NCBI GenBank assembly: GCA_965215195.1 | Contig: CBDCDC010000001.1 | Coordinates: 1,184,001 to 1,248,000, forward strand | Source of the DNA: Candidatus Latescibacterota bacterium | Lineage (GTDB): Bacteria > Latescibacterota > UBA2968 > UBA8231 | Direction of reading: 5' to 3' | Length of the DNA: 64,000 bases | Part shown: piece by piece, positions 50,189-60,068 of the stretch | Position numbering within the stretch: the stretch's first letter is position 1 | Layout: the number at the start of each line of letters is the position of its first letter | Translations under genes and position numbers: made by a program | Notes under the pieces: generated by a model | What the model saw: only the letters and a program-made list of their open reading frames with translations | Told to the model about the DNA's origin: nothing | Database searches by the model: none

Positions 50189-51517
50189 ATGTCAATAGAT
50201 GAGACGTCTGCTGGTGTGAGCCGTTCCCGCGAACTCGCCGGCATGACGATCGCCCAGATACGCGTACAAGTGGCGGAATGGAAAAGCGGCGATCCAGGCT
50301 GGGCCTTGCTCGAAAAGGATGGCCGCGTCGGCGTCCGGCGCTTGGTGGTTGAGCGGCGTCGGCGCGATGCGCGGGAGCAGGCCGAGTGCCAGCGGCGCGA
50401 GCGGCTCCTGCACTTTGAACGGTCCCTCTGGGCCCAAGGAGTGCGCCGAGTGGCCGGCGTCGATGAGGCTGGGCGCGGTTGCTTGGCCGGGCCTGTGGTG
50501 GCCGCCGCGGTCGTTTTGTCGCCGGACTGTGCCATCGATGGGATCGACGATTCCAAGAAGCTGTCGCGGGCCCAGCGCGAAGCCCTGTACGAGGAGATTG
50601 CGGCCAAGGCCCTAGCCGTGGGGATAGGGCAGGTCGAGGCCGCCGAGATCGACAGGTTGAACATCCTGCAGGCCTCGCTCAAGGCCATGCGCTGGGCGTT
50701 GGAGAATTTGCGCCCCCCGCCCGACCGAGTGCTGATCGACGGGCACCTGTCGGCGCACAGCCCCTATCCCGAGCAAGCCGTCATTGACGGAGACGCCCGC
50801 TCCCTGTCGATTGCCGCTGCCTCAATCGTGGCCAAAGTATACCGCGACCGCCTGATGTGCGAATGCGACATCCGCTATCCCGAATACGGGTTTGCCGCGC
50901 ACAAGGGCTACGGCAGTGCCGCGCACTTAGCCGCGCTTGACGCCCATGGCCCGTGCCCGCTGCACCGCCGCAGTTTTGGCCCGGTGGCCGCGCGGATCGC
51001 CGAGCCGCGCTCGGAGCTTTTTCTTTCTTTTGCAGAGGGCATATACGACTGCGCCAACCTCGCCGAGTTAGAGCGGTTGGGACAGTTAGTCAAAGAGGCC
51101 GCGGACGATTTAACGGCCGATGAGCTAGTGGCCTTGAGAGGGGTCTATCGGGAGCAGCGCGACAGGCTGGGGGACATCGGGCGGCGAGGTGAAGCGGAGG
51201 CCGCCGCCTATCTAAAAGAACGGGGCTATCGGATCCGGGCGCACCGCTATCGCGCTGCTGGAGGCGAGATCGACTTGGTGGCCGAAGAGAGGGAAGAGTT
51301 AGTCTTTGTCGAAGTAAAGTCCAGCCAGCGTGCGTCCCGCCCCGAACAAAGAGTGAATCGCGCCAAGCGGCAGCGTCTGACGCGGGCCGCCCAACACTAT
51401 ATCCAATATCGCGCCGCGGCCGATACGGCCTGCCGCTTCGACGTGATCGCCGTGTGGCTGCGCGCAGACGGTGCGGCGATTGAGCATTGGCCAGACGCGT
51501 TCCAGCTCCTCGACTAA
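50189..51517 (+). CDS. rnhB: RNase HII fused to YraN (UPF0102) nuclease
   Basis: GVDEAGRG, DDSKKL, SIAAASIVAK, HRRSF, then GEAEAAAYL..GEIDLV..FVEVK..RFDVI. Confidence 0.92.
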   Translation: MSIDETSAGVSRSRELAGMTIAQIRVQVAEWKSGDPGWALLEKDGRVGVRRLVVERRRRDAREQAECQRRERLLHFERSLWAQGVRRVAGVDEAGRGCLAGPVVAAAVVLSPDCAIDGIDDSKKLSRAQREALYEEIAAKALAVGIGQVEAAEIDRLNILQASLKAMRWALENLRPPPDRVLIDGHLSAHSPYPEQAVIDGDARSLSIAAASIVAKVYRDRLMCECDIRYPEYGFAAHKGYGSAAHLAALDAHGPCPLHRRSFGPVAARIAEPRSELFLSFAEGIYDCANLAELERLGQLVKEAADDLTADELVALRGVYREQRDRLGDIGRRGEAEAAAYLKERGYRIRAHRYRAAGGEIDLVAEEREELVFVEVKSSQRASRPEQRVNRAKRQRLTRAAQHYIQYRAAADTACRFDVIAVWLRADGAAIEHWPDAFQLLD

Positions 51518-52812
51518 GCGGCCAACTCGCTATAGACGATCTGGCCGCCGACGATGGTGGCCACGGCCTTGCCTTTCAGGCGGTAACCAGCAAAGGGGGT
51601 GTTCCGCGATTTGGAGCGGAAGCGCTCGGGGACTACCTCCCATTCGCGCGTTAGGTTGAGCAGGGTTAGATCCCCAGGCATCCCCGGGGCGAGCGCGCCC
51701 CCGGGCAGGCGCAAGATGCGCGCTGGGTGGCAGGTCCAGCGTGCGATGGTCTCGTGCAGGGGCAAAACGCGGTCCACCAAATAGGTCAAGGTGAGGCCGA
51801 CAGCTGTCTCTAGGCCGACAATGCCCATGGGAGCTTGGGTTAGGGATTGGGCTTTTTCCGCGGCCGTATGCGGCGCGTGGTCGGTGGCAATGACCTCTAT
51901 GGTGCCATCGGCTAGCCCGGCGAGCATGGCCTCGACATCGGCGGTCTCTCGCAGCGGCGGGCTCATCTTGGCAGCCGCGCCTTGGCGCTCAACCTCGCGG
52001 TCGGTGAGTACGAAGTGGTGGGGCAGCACTTCGCAGGTCACGGGTAGGCCGTCGGCCTTGGCGCGCCGGACCAATTGCGCGGTGCCGGCCGTGCTGATAT
52101 GGGCGATGTGCAAAGGGCCGCCGGTCTGGCGGACAAGTTCTATATCGCGGGCGACCATCTCCTCCTCGCCTGCTGCTGGCATCCCCTTGACGCCGAGGCG
52201 CGCGGCCACTTCTCCTGCGTGCATACAGCCGCCAGCCGTAAGCGACTTGACCTCTGTGTGCGGGAAGATGGGCTGGTCGAGGTCGCGGGCAATTTCGAGG
52301 GCGCGGCGCATCAAACCCTCGTCTTCGACTGGGTCGCCGTCGTCGGAAAAGGCTACTGCGCCTAATTCCGCCAATTCCGCGAGGGGGGCGAGTGCGCCGC
52401 GTCCTTGGCGACCTGTGGTCACGCAGGCGATTGGATAGTAGCGCACCGCGGCGGTCTGCGCTCGCTCCAGCACTAGTTGCAAATGGTCGCTACTGTCTGG
52501 GGGAGGGTTGGTGTTGGGCATGGCGGCCACCGCGCAGATGCCGCCGGCTGCCGCCGCTGTAGTGCCGCTCTGAATGGTCTCCTTGTGTTCGTAGCCCGGT
52601 TCGCGGAGATGAGTGTGGATGTCGATAAAACCCGGGGCAACGACCAAGCCGGTGGCCATCAGGACAGGCACGTCGGGAGGTGCCCAGAGGTCGGGGGCCG
52701 ACTGGACTATTTTACCTTGGCGGATGAGGATATCCCCTATGGCATCGGTGCCATTGGCCGGGTCGATGAGGCGGCCTTGGCGGACGAGCAAGTCGGCAGA
52801 AAATTTAGACAT
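51514..52812 (-). CDS. pyrC: Dihydroorotase
   Basis: DIHTHLREPG, MPNT, TDHAPH, SRNTPF. Confidence 0.93.
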   Translation of the reverse strand: MSKFSADLLVRQGRLIDPANGTDAIGDILIRQGKIVQSAPDLWAPPDVPVLMATGLVVAPGFIDIHTHLREPGYEHKETIQSGTTAAAAGGICAVAAMPNTNPPPDSSDHLQLVLERAQTAAVRYYPIACVTTGRQGRGALAPLAELAELGAVAFSDDGDPVEDEGLMRRALEIARDLDQPIFPHTEVKSLTAGGCMHAGEVAARLGVKGMPAAGEEEMVARDIELVRQTGGPLHIAHISTAGTAQLVRRAKADGLPVTCEVLPHHFVLTDREVERQGAAAKMSPPLRETADVEAMLAGLADGTIEVIATDHAPHTAAEKAQSLTQAPMGIVGLETAVGLTLTYLVDRVLPLHETIARWTCHPARILRLPGGALAPGMPGDLTLLNLTREWEVVPERFRSKSRNTPFAGYRLKGKAVATIVGGQIVYSELAA

Positions 52813-54511
52813 GAGAGAGGGCGATGAGTGGAGCGAGCCAGTCGATGGTTTCGCGCAGGGTCAACGGGTCGCCGGCTAGGGCTAGGTCTCGTTTTCTCAG
52901 GAGGCGAGCCAACTGCACGGGTGGCGGGGGCGCGAGCCCGCTGCTAGCGTCGAATTCGGGATGGGCGAGCACGGCGCGAGCCGGCCCTTGTAGCTCGCTG
53001 CGTCCTTGGCACAAGACCACTACATGGGTGGCTAGGCGGCCGACTAGCTCCATGTCGTGGCTGATTAGCACGAGGGTGCGGCCTTGGTTGCTTAGCTCGG
53101 CGAAGAGCCGGCACAAGCTGGCCGTAGTCTGAGGATCGAGGCCGGCGGTCGGCTCGTCGAGCACTAAGACCTCTGGGTCCATGGCGAGGACGCCGGCGAG
53201 TGCGACGCGACGCCTTTCGCCCCCGCTCAACGAGAGGGGCTGGCGCGGCCCGAATTCTCTTAGCGGCATGTCCACCATGGCGAGTGCGCACGCCACGAGG
53301 CCGTCGACGCGCTCGGGAGCAAAGCCGAGGTTGCGCGGTCCAAAGGCCACATCCTCGGCCACGGTTTCGGCGAAGAGTTGGAGTTCGGGAAACTGGAAGG
53401 CCAAGCCGACGCGCTGGCGCACATGCACCGGGGGCTGGAAGCTGATGTCGCAGCCGTTGAGGAGTACGCGCCCGCACGAGGGTTTGAGCAGGGCATTGAA
53501 GTGCTGGGCGAGGGTGGTCTTACCCGAGCCGTTGGTGCCCACGAGGGCCAAGACCGAGCCGGTGGGAATGTCCATGGTAATGTCGCAGATGCCGCAACGC
53601 CGGGTGGGCAGATGTTCGTCGTAGAAGTGCGTCAGCCCTTCAGCCGCTAGTTTGCTCGGGGTTGGGGGCAGCGGAGCGGGCGGAGTCCAAGACGCTAGGG
53701 GCGTCTGGGGTTTTAGTGCGGCCAGCGCGTCGGATAAAGCGTCTAGCTCCAAGTAGGTCTCGGTCAGGGACAAGTGAGCGGCAAGGGCGCTTGCAAAGGG
53801 GAGATCGAGGCCGAGGGCGCGGAGCTTGGGCGGGTCGGCAAAGAGGGCCGCTGGGGGGCTGTCCGCATGGAGCCGACCCGCGTGGAGGGCGATGACGCGG
53901 TCGGCGCGAGCGGCTTCTTCCGGGGACTGGGTGATGAGTATCGTCGCGATGCCGTATGTGGTGCGCAGCCGCTGGAGTAACTCGACCACTTGCTGTTTTT
54001 CGCCGGGGTCGAGCAGGGCTGTCGATTCGTCTAAGACGAGATAGCGCGGTCGCATGGCCACCACTGCGGCAATGGCCACGCGCTGCTTCTCGCCGCCGGA
54101 GAGCTTGTGCGGCGGGTAGCGGCGATAGGCCCCGAGATTGAAAGCGGCGAGCGTTTCTGCGACTCGCTGGCGAATTTCAGCGCTGGCTAGGGCTAGGTTT
54201 TCCAAGCCAAAGGCCAATTCGTCGGCGACCGTGGTGCCGACGAGCTGATCGTCCGGGTTTTGCAAAACCATGCCGACGCGCTGGCGGATGGAGCGAAGCT
54301 GAGCCGGGTTGCTGGTGTCCATGCCATCGACGAGGACCCGGCCCGCTTGGGGCTGTTGCAGTCCGTTTAAGCAGCGAGCGAGGGTGGTCTTGCCCGAGCC
54401 GTTGGCACCGATGAGGGCAATGTTTTCCCCAGGGCTGATGTGGAGGTTGATGGAGCGCAAGGCGGCTAGGCCCCGGCGATAGCTAAGGCTGAGTTTTTCG
54501 ACGCGGATCAT
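52805..54511 (-). CDS. Fused double ECF-transporter ATPase (EcfA-EcfA')
   Basis: Two GxNGSGKTT motifs, QNPD/QFPE Q-loops, two LSGGE signatures. Confidence 0.88.
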   Translation of the reverse strand: MIRVEKLSLSYRRGLAALRSINLHISPGENIALIGANGSGKTTLARCLNGLQQPQAGRVLVDGMDTSNPAQLRSIRQRVGMVLQNPDDQLVGTTVADELAFGLENLALASAEIRQRVAETLAAFNLGAYRRYPPHKLSGGEKQRVAIAAVVAMRPRYLVLDESTALLDPGEKQQVVELLQRLRTTYGIATILITQSPEEAARADRVIALHAGRLHADSPPAALFADPPKLRALGLDLPFASALAAHLSLTETYLELDALSDALAALKPQTPLASWTPPAPLPPTPSKLAAEGLTHFYDEHLPTRRCGICDITMDIPTGSVLALVGTNGSGKTTLAQHFNALLKPSCGRVLLNGCDISFQPPVHVRQRVGLAFQFPELQLFAETVAEDVAFGPRNLGFAPERVDGLVACALAMVDMPLREFGPRQPLSLSGGERRRVALAGVLAMDPEVLVLDEPTAGLDPQTTASLCRLFAELSNQGRTLVLISHDMELVGRLATHVVVLCQGRSELQGPARAVLAHPEFDASSGLAPPPPVQLARLLRKRDLALAGDPLTLRETIDWLAPLIALSHV

Positions 54512-54519
54512 AGCGCGGC

Positions 54520-54587
54520 AGCATACGGCAAAAGAATTTTGGCGTCAAGGCGGACAAGTTGACAGCTAGAGGGCGAGGTTGTTTATT
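54520..54587. promoter_or_regulatory. Divergent sigma70 promoters
   Basis: Minus TTGACG-N17-TATGCT ending 8 nt before the ATG at 54511; plus TTGACA-N17-TTTATT (54559-54587). Confidence 0.6.
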
Positions 54588-54655
54588 CAGTTTCAAGGGG
54601 TTACGAAAATCAGGAGCGTTGTCAATTGGGGCGCTCGCAACGCGGATATGGCTTT

Positions 54656-55486
54656 ATGAACAAGATACTGTGCAGGTGGGTTTGGGTGCTCGCCGTTGGG
54701 TTCGTGGGGTGCAGCGACTCAAACGAGGAGCTCCAGATCGTCGGCCCCAACCTGCCCGAGGGGCCGGGCCGCGTCTATCCCATTTTAGCCGTTAGTTTCC
54801 CGTCCAACGACGGCGTTGAGGTGAGCGCACTTTTTGGCACGGCGCAGAACGGCGAATCGCTGCCAGTAGTAATCCTCCTGCACGATCTGGGAGGGAGCAA
54901 GGCCGACTGGTTGAACAACACCAACACGTACGTGGCCTTGCTCGAGCGCGGCTACGCCGTCTTGGCCATCGACATGCGCGGGCACGGCCAAACCCCGCTG
55001 CCCGGTGACCGGCAGGTCTTGGAATTAGTAGATCTGGAACTGAGCTTTCGCGATGTTCACGCCGCGCTGGTCTGGCTGCCGAGCCAGTCCAAGGTCGATG
55101 TCAGCCGCATCGCGGTAGTGGGTACTGGCTCGGGGGGGAATGTGGCCTACGTGAGCTCGGGCATTTTTTCCGAACAAATAAAAACCAGTGTGTCTCTCTC
55201 GCCCGGGCTGTGGGGGGCCTCTTCGATGGAGCCGTTGGTCACCGGGGCCGGCCTCGAATCCTTTGCCCCGCGGTCCATGCTCTTTATGGCGGGCGATCAG
55301 GACCAAATTGAGAGCGGGGACGTCATTCTCAGCTATGCTGATTTCGCTCGCAATCTAGAGGCGCAGACGGCCGCGCCAAAGCGGCTGCGCATTTTTTCAG
55401 ATTCGGCCGACCACGGCTTTGAATTGCTCGACAATGTCGCCGAGGCGCAGGATCTGTTCTTCCTCTGGTTGGAGGAAAACCTCTAG
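54656..55486 (+). CDS. Alpha/beta-fold hydrolase-like lipoprotein
   Basis: FVGC lipobox, ILLH, DMRGHGQ, LSPG, DHG. Confidence 0.75.
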   Translation: MNKILCRWVWVLAVGFVGCSDSNEELQIVGPNLPEGPGRVYPILAVSFPSNDGVEVSALFGTAQNGESLPVVILLHDLGGSKADWLNNTNTYVALLERGYAVLAIDMRGHGQTPLPGDRQVLELVDLELSFRDVHAALVWLPSQSKVDVSRIAVVGTGSGGNVAYVSSGIFSEQIKTSVSLSPGLWGASSMEPLVTGAGLESFAPRSMLFMAGDQDQIESGDVILSYADFARNLEAQTAAPKRLRIFSDSADHGFELLDNVAEAQDLFFLWLEENL

Positions 55487-55508
55487 CTAGCACTCCATCT
55501 GCGGTCGC

Positions 55509-56216
55509 ATGGACTCGCCTCCGGCCATTGCCGTCGTCATTCCCGCCTGCGACGAAGAACAAGCCATCGGCAAGGTGCTGCAAGACATCCCGAGCATCGC
55601 ACAGCAGGTCATCGTCGTCGATAATGGCTCGGGTGACCGCACCGCCGAGGTGGCCCGTCGCTTGGGGGCCTGCGTCGTTGGCGAGCCGCGCCGCGGCTAC
55701 GGCCAAGCCTGTCTGACGGGCATGGCCCATCTCGATTGCCCGGATATCGTCGTCTTCCTCGACGGCGATTACAGCGATTACCCCGAGGACATGCCAGCTT
55801 TAGTAAGCCCGCTCGTTGCCGGCCGCGCCGATATGGTCATTGGCTCGCGGGTCTTGGGCCAGCGAGAAAAGGGGGCCCTCTTGCCCCAGGCCCGTTTTGG
55901 CAATTGGTTGGCCACCTGCTTAATTCGCCTGTTGTTCGGCGTCACTTTTACGGATTTGGGGCCTTTCCGCGCATTGCGCTACGACGCGCTCATACGGCTG
56001 GACATGCAGGATTGCAACTTCGGCTGGACCGCAGAGATGCAGGTCAAAGCCGCTCGGCTGGGCCTGCGCACGGCCGAAGTGCCCGTGCGCTACCGCCGCC
56101 GCATCGGCACCTCCAAAATCACCGGTACGCTCAGCGGTACGCTGCGGGCCGGATACAAAATTCTCTGGACCATTTTCCGCTATGCGCGGTGGCGTCCTAC
56201 GCGGTCTGGGGGATAG
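55509..56216 (+). CDS. Family 2 glycosyltransferase
   Basis: VVDNGS, GYGQA, DGDYSD, TDLGPFR. Confidence 0.9.
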   Translation: MDSPPAIAVVIPACDEEQAIGKVLQDIPSIAQQVIVVDNGSGDRTAEVARRLGACVVGEPRRGYGQACLTGMAHLDCPDIVVFLDGDYSDYPEDMPALVSPLVAGRADMVIGSRVLGQREKGALLPQARFGNWLATCLIRLLFGVTFTDLGPFRALRYDALIRLDMQDCNFGWTAEMQVKAARLGLRTAEVPVRYRRRIGTSKITGTLSGTLRAGYKILWTIFRYARWRPTRSGG

Positions 56217-56230
56217 GTTGACACCGCTCA

Positions 56231-57259
56231 ATGCAACTGGTGGACTACGACTTTGACCTACCCGAGGCCCTGATCGCCCAACGCCCGTCGCCCGAGCGCG
56301 ACCAGTCGCGTCTTTTAGTCTTGAACCGGGCGGATGGCTCGTTGCAACACCTGCACTTTGGGGCCATCGTCGATCAGCTCGCATCCAGCGACGCCCTAGT
56401 ATTGAATCAAACACAGGTCGTGCCGGCTCGGCTCAGGGGCCGTAAATCTGCTACCGGCGGTCGGGTTGAACTGCTGCTGCTCAGGCCGCTAACTGGGGGC
56501 GAGTGGCTGGCTATGGGGCGGCCCGGGCGAGGCCTAAAACCCAAGACGCGGTTGGAGTTTGGCAACGGAGCGGTGGAAGCGCACATCGTCGGGCAAGTTG
56601 CGCCGGGTCGGTTCCGCGTACGCTTTGCCGTTGAGGACGTGCTGGCGCGACTCGAAGAGATCGGGGAAATACCCCTGCCGCCCTATATTCGGCGTCCGCC
56701 CGAGGCCGCGGACCGGGAGCGCTATCAGACTATCTATGCGGCGCGTCCGGGAGCCGTTGCCGCACCCACGGCCGGCCTGCACTTTACCCCCCAGTTAATC
56801 GCGGCAATCGCGGCTAAGGGCGTGGCGGTCCTGAAGGTGCTCTTGCACGTGGGGCCGGGCACGTTTGAGCCGGTGCGCTGTGCCGATCCGCGCCAGCATG
56901 TGCTCGAACCCGAATACTGCGAAATCGACGAGTCGGTGGCGGCCACACTCGGGCGTTGCCGTGCGGCCGGTGGGCGCATCGTCGCCGTCGGTACTACCGT
57001 GGTGCGGACCTTGGAGTCGAGCGTCGATGCCGAGGGCCATGTGCAGGCCGGCGGGGGATTTGCGGATGCGTTTATTTATCCGCCCTACGCATTCAAAGCG
57101 GTCGATAGGTTGGTGACGAACTTTCACTTGCCGCGCTCGAGCCTGTTGTTGCTGGTGGCGGCCTTCGTCGGTCGGAAACGGCTTTTGGCCGCCTACGGCG
57201 AGGCCGTAGAGCGCGGCTATCGCTTTTATAGCTATGGCGATGCCATGATGATTGTGTGA
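56231..57259 (+). CDS. queA: SAM:tRNA ribosyltransferase-isomerase
   Basis: PLPPYI, AAPTAGLHF, TNFHLP, YRFYSYGDAM. Confidence 0.97.
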   Translation: MQLVDYDFDLPEALIAQRPSPERDQSRLLVLNRADGSLQHLHFGAIVDQLASSDALVLNQTQVVPARLRGRKSATGGRVELLLLRPLTGGEWLAMGRPGRGLKPKTRLEFGNGAVEAHIVGQVAPGRFRVRFAVEDVLARLEEIGEIPLPPYIRRPPEAADRERYQTIYAARPGAVAAPTAGLHFTPQLIAAIAAKGVAVLKVLLHVGPGTFEPVRCADPRQHVLEPEYCEIDESVAATLGRCRAAGGRIVAVGTTVVRTLESSVDAEGHVQAGGGFADAFIYPPYAFKAVDRLVTNFHLPRSSLLLLVAAFVGRKRLLAAYGEAVERGYRFYSYGDAMMIV

Positions 57260-58431
57260 CGTCTGTGGAACGCATAACCGCCATCGTCCCGGCCAGCGGC
57301 CGGGGGCAGCGCATGGGAGGAGATCGGCCCAAGCAGTACCTCCCTTTGGGAGGTCGGCCCGTACTCTGGCACGTACTCGCGCGCTTCGAAGCTAGCCCGC
57401 TGGTGACCGATATCGTCTTGGTCGTGCGGCGCGAGGACATGGACTATTGTCGCCGCCAATTGAGCGCGAGCAGAGGCTTTGCCAAAGTCGCCGCCCTCGT
57501 GCCCGGGGGTGCTGAGCGCAGCGCATCCGTGTATCGGGGCCTGCGGGAGACCCGCGCCGATATGGTCTTGGTCCACGACGCCGTGCGGCCGTTTGTTTCC
57601 GAGGGGCTGCTGGAGCGGGTGGTAGCCGCCACCCGCGAGCACCGAGCGGCGCTGCCCGCCTTGCCGGTGGTGGAGACGATCAAGGAAGTGGCGGCTAGTC
57701 GGGTCGTGGATACGCCATGCCGCGAAAGGCTGTGGCAAGCGCAGACTCCGCAGGGCTTTGACCGCGAGCTGCTCCTGAGGGCCTACCACGCGGCCGGAAC
57801 CGACGCGGTGGCCCCTGACGACGCTGCGCTGGTTGAGCGGCTGGGCCACCCAGTCTGCGTCGTGCCCGGCGAGGCCGACAACCGCAAGATCACCACGCCC
57901 GAGGATCTGGCTTGGGCCGAGTGGCGAGTGCGCGCAAGGGAGGAGATGCCTGCTATGGGCTTGCGCATAGGACAGGGCTACGACGTGCATCGCTTGGAGG
58001 AAGGGCGGCCCCTAATTTTGGGCGGGGTCGTCGTGCCCTTTGCGCGGGGGTTGGCGGGGCACTCGGACGCGGATGTGCTGACCCATGCCATAATCGACGC
58101 GCTCTTGGGTGCCTTGGCGGCCGGAGATATCGGCCAACTCTTTCCCGACTCGGACGCGCAGTACAAGGATATATCGAGCTTGGTGTTGCTCGAGCGGGTT
58201 GGCACCCTGATAGCGGAACGAGGGGCGCGGGTCCTGCACATCGACGCGGTCGTCGCGGCCCAGCGGCCCAAGCTCGCGCCGCACCTAGCAGCGATGCGCC
58301 AAACGCTAGCTGCGACCTTGGGCCTAGCGGTGGGGCAGGTTTCGCTCAAGGCTACGACGACCGAGCACTTGGGGTTCGTGGGGCGCGAGGAGGGTATGGC
58401 GGCCCAAGCCGTGGCCCTTGTGGCACTCTAA
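57256..58431 (+). CDS. ispDF: Bifunctional IspD/IspF
   Basis: PKQY, HDAVRP, QTPQ, KIT, then GYDVH, HSDADV, KATTTE. Confidence 0.95.
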   Translation: MTSVERITAIVPASGRGQRMGGDRPKQYLPLGGRPVLWHVLARFEASPLVTDIVLVVRREDMDYCRRQLSASRGFAKVAALVPGGAERSASVYRGLRETRADMVLVHDAVRPFVSEGLLERVVAATREHRAALPALPVVETIKEVAASRVVDTPCRERLWQAQTPQGFDRELLLRAYHAAGTDAVAPDDAALVERLGHPVCVVPGEADNRKITTPEDLAWAEWRVRAREEMPAMGLRIGQGYDVHRLEEGRPLILGGVVVPFARGLAGHSDADVLTHAIIDALLGALAAGDIGQLFPDSDAQYKDISSLVLLERVGTLIAERGARVLHIDAVVAAQRPKLAPHLAAMRQTLAATLGLAVGQVSLKATTTEHLGFVGREEGMAAQAVALVAL

Positions 58432-58434
58432 AGC

Positions 58435-59043
58435 ATGGCGGCCTATTTGGACTCCCTGCTCGCGGCCCTGTCGGGCGTCGATCCGCTGTGGGCGTATGGC
58501 ATCTTGTTGCTCAGTGCCTTTTTGGAAAATGTCGTGCCGCCCATCCCGGGCGATACGGTGGTGGTGTTTAGTGCCTATCTGGTGGGGCGCGGCTTCTTGG
58601 ATATATGGCCGGTTTTTCTTGCTACTTGTGCCGGAGGCATGGCAGGCTTTTTAGTCATGTACTACCTAGGTTATAGCCGAGGGCGCACCTTTTTCTCAGG
58701 ACGTCGGGGCGCGGCCAAGCTGGCCCAAGCCGAGCGGTGGCTCAGTCGCTACGGCGTTGCGCTCATTTTAGGCAACCGATTTTTGAGCGGCATTCGGTCG
58801 GTCATCGCCATCGGTGCTGGTCTAGGTCGCATGCCTTGGCCAACCGTCGCGCTGTGCGGCGCGATTGGCATGGCGGTTTGGAACGGATTGCTGCTCTACG
58901 CCGGAATTTTGGTAGGCGAAAACTGGGAGCAGGTCACCGAACTGCTCGCGCAATACAATAGATTATTGGTGGGGATACTGTGCTTGGTGGGGGTGGTGCT
59001 GCTGTGGTGCTGGTGGCGCAAGCGGCGGGTGGACCAGCCTTGA
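58435..59043 (+). CDS. DedA family membrane protein
   Basis: EN..PPIPGD, RFLSGIRS, AG. Confidence 0.9.
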   Translation: MAAYLDSLLAALSGVDPLWAYGILLLSAFLENVVPPIPGDTVVVFSAYLVGRGFLDIWPVFLATCAGGMAGFLVMYYLGYSRGRTFFSGRRGAAKLAQAERWLSRYGVALILGNRFLSGIRSVIAIGAGLGRMPWPTVALCGAIGMAVWNGLLLYAGILVGENWEQVTELLAQYNRLLVGILCLVGVVLLWCWWRKRRVDQP

Positions 59044-59068
59044 CAAGCGCGGATAGAGGGCTTACGTT
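59040..59068 (+). promoter_or_regulatory. sigma70 promoter of the rplM operon
   Basis: TTGACA-N17-TACGTT. Confidence 0.65.
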
Positions 59069-59099
59069 AATCCATTTCTATATAATCTGAGAAAAGACG

Positions 59100-59534
59100 A
59101 TGAACGACATTACCTACGCCCCTAAAGCGGGCGAAATTAAGCGGCAGTGGTTCGTGGTCGATGCCACGGACAAAGTCTTGGGGCGGCTGGCTTCGGAAAT
59201 CGCCCAAGTGCTGCGCGGCAAGGGCAAGCCCGAATACGCCCCCCATGCCGACGTGGGCGACCACGTCATCGTGATTCACGCCGACAAGGTAAAAGTCACG
59301 GGCGACAAGGCCGAAAAGAAGGTCTATTATCGCCACACCGGCTATCCAGGTGGCTTGCGGGTCACTCCCTATCGCCGCATGGCCGAGCGGCATCCCGAGC
59401 GGATCATCCGCAAGGCGGTGCGGGGTATGCTGCCGCACACCAAGTTGGGCCGGATGCAGCTCAAGAAGCTCCGCGTCTATGTCGGCGGCGAGCACCGGCA
59501 CCAAGCGCAAAACCCCCAGCCTCTCGAACTCTAA
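59100..59534 (+). CDS. rplM: 50S ribosomal protein L13
   Basis: WFVVDA..LGRLAS, HTGYPGG, GMLP. Confidence 0.98.
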   Translation: MNDITYAPKAGEIKRQWFVVDATDKVLGRLASEIAQVLRGKGKPEYAPHADVGDHVIVIHADKVKVTGDKAEKKVYYRHTGYPGGLRVTPYRRMAERHPERIIRKAVRGMLPHTKLGRMQLKKLRVYVGGEHRHQAQNPQPLEL

Positions 59535-59552
59535 GCCAAAGGCAACGCGCCC

Positions 59553-59945
59553 ATGCCCTTAGAAAGCTACGAAGCGACCGGCCGCAGGAAGACCTCGGTA
59601 GCCCGAGTGCGCCTGCAGCTCGGCAATGGCTCTATTTACGTAAACGGTCGCGCGGTCGGCGAATACCTGCGCCGGGATTCCCTGGAGATGATCCTCGTGC
59701 AGCCTCTGGAGTTGACCGAGACGCGACACACCTTCGACATCCACATTTCCACCCGCGGCGGTGGCCTGCGCGGCCAAGCCGGTGCCGCCTGCTTGGGCAT
59801 TGCCCGCGCCTTGGTGCAGTACGATCCGCAGAAGCGGGAAGTGTTAAAGAAAAGCGGCTTTCTGACGCGCGATGCCCGCGAGAAAGAGCGCAAAAAGTAC
59901 GGCTTGGCCGGCGCACGCAAGCGCTTCCAATTCTCCAAGCGCTAG
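59553..59945 (+). CDS. rpsI: 30S ribosomal protein S9
   Basis: [22 protein letters not shown]. Confidence 0.98.
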   Translation: MPLESYEATGRRKTSVARVRLQLGNGSIYVNGRAVGEYLRRDSLEMILVQPLELTETRHTFDIHISTRGGGLRGQAGAACLGIARALVQYDPQKREVLKKSGFLTRDAREKERKKYGLAGARKRFQFSKR

Positions 59946-59957
59946 TCCCATCTCAAT

Positions 59958-60050
59958 ACACACGCTTCCCAATGCACGGCAGAGAGTGTCCCGTAGGCGT
60001 TCGGCGCCTGCGGGGCTTCTGTGTGTAGATGAGGGGGGCGGAGGCCCAAC
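59958..60050 (+). ncRNA. rpsB leader (S2 autoregulatory RNA)
   Basis: ACACACGC 5' arm, internal hairpin CCCGTAGGCG..CGCCTGCGGG, GCGGAGG 3' arm upstream of rpsB. Confidence 0.7.
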
Positions 60051-60068
60051 TAACATTTAGGAGCGATC

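Noticed and set aside
55488-55514. CIRCE-like CTAGCACTC
   Set aside because: Half-site only, and upstream of a glycosyltransferase
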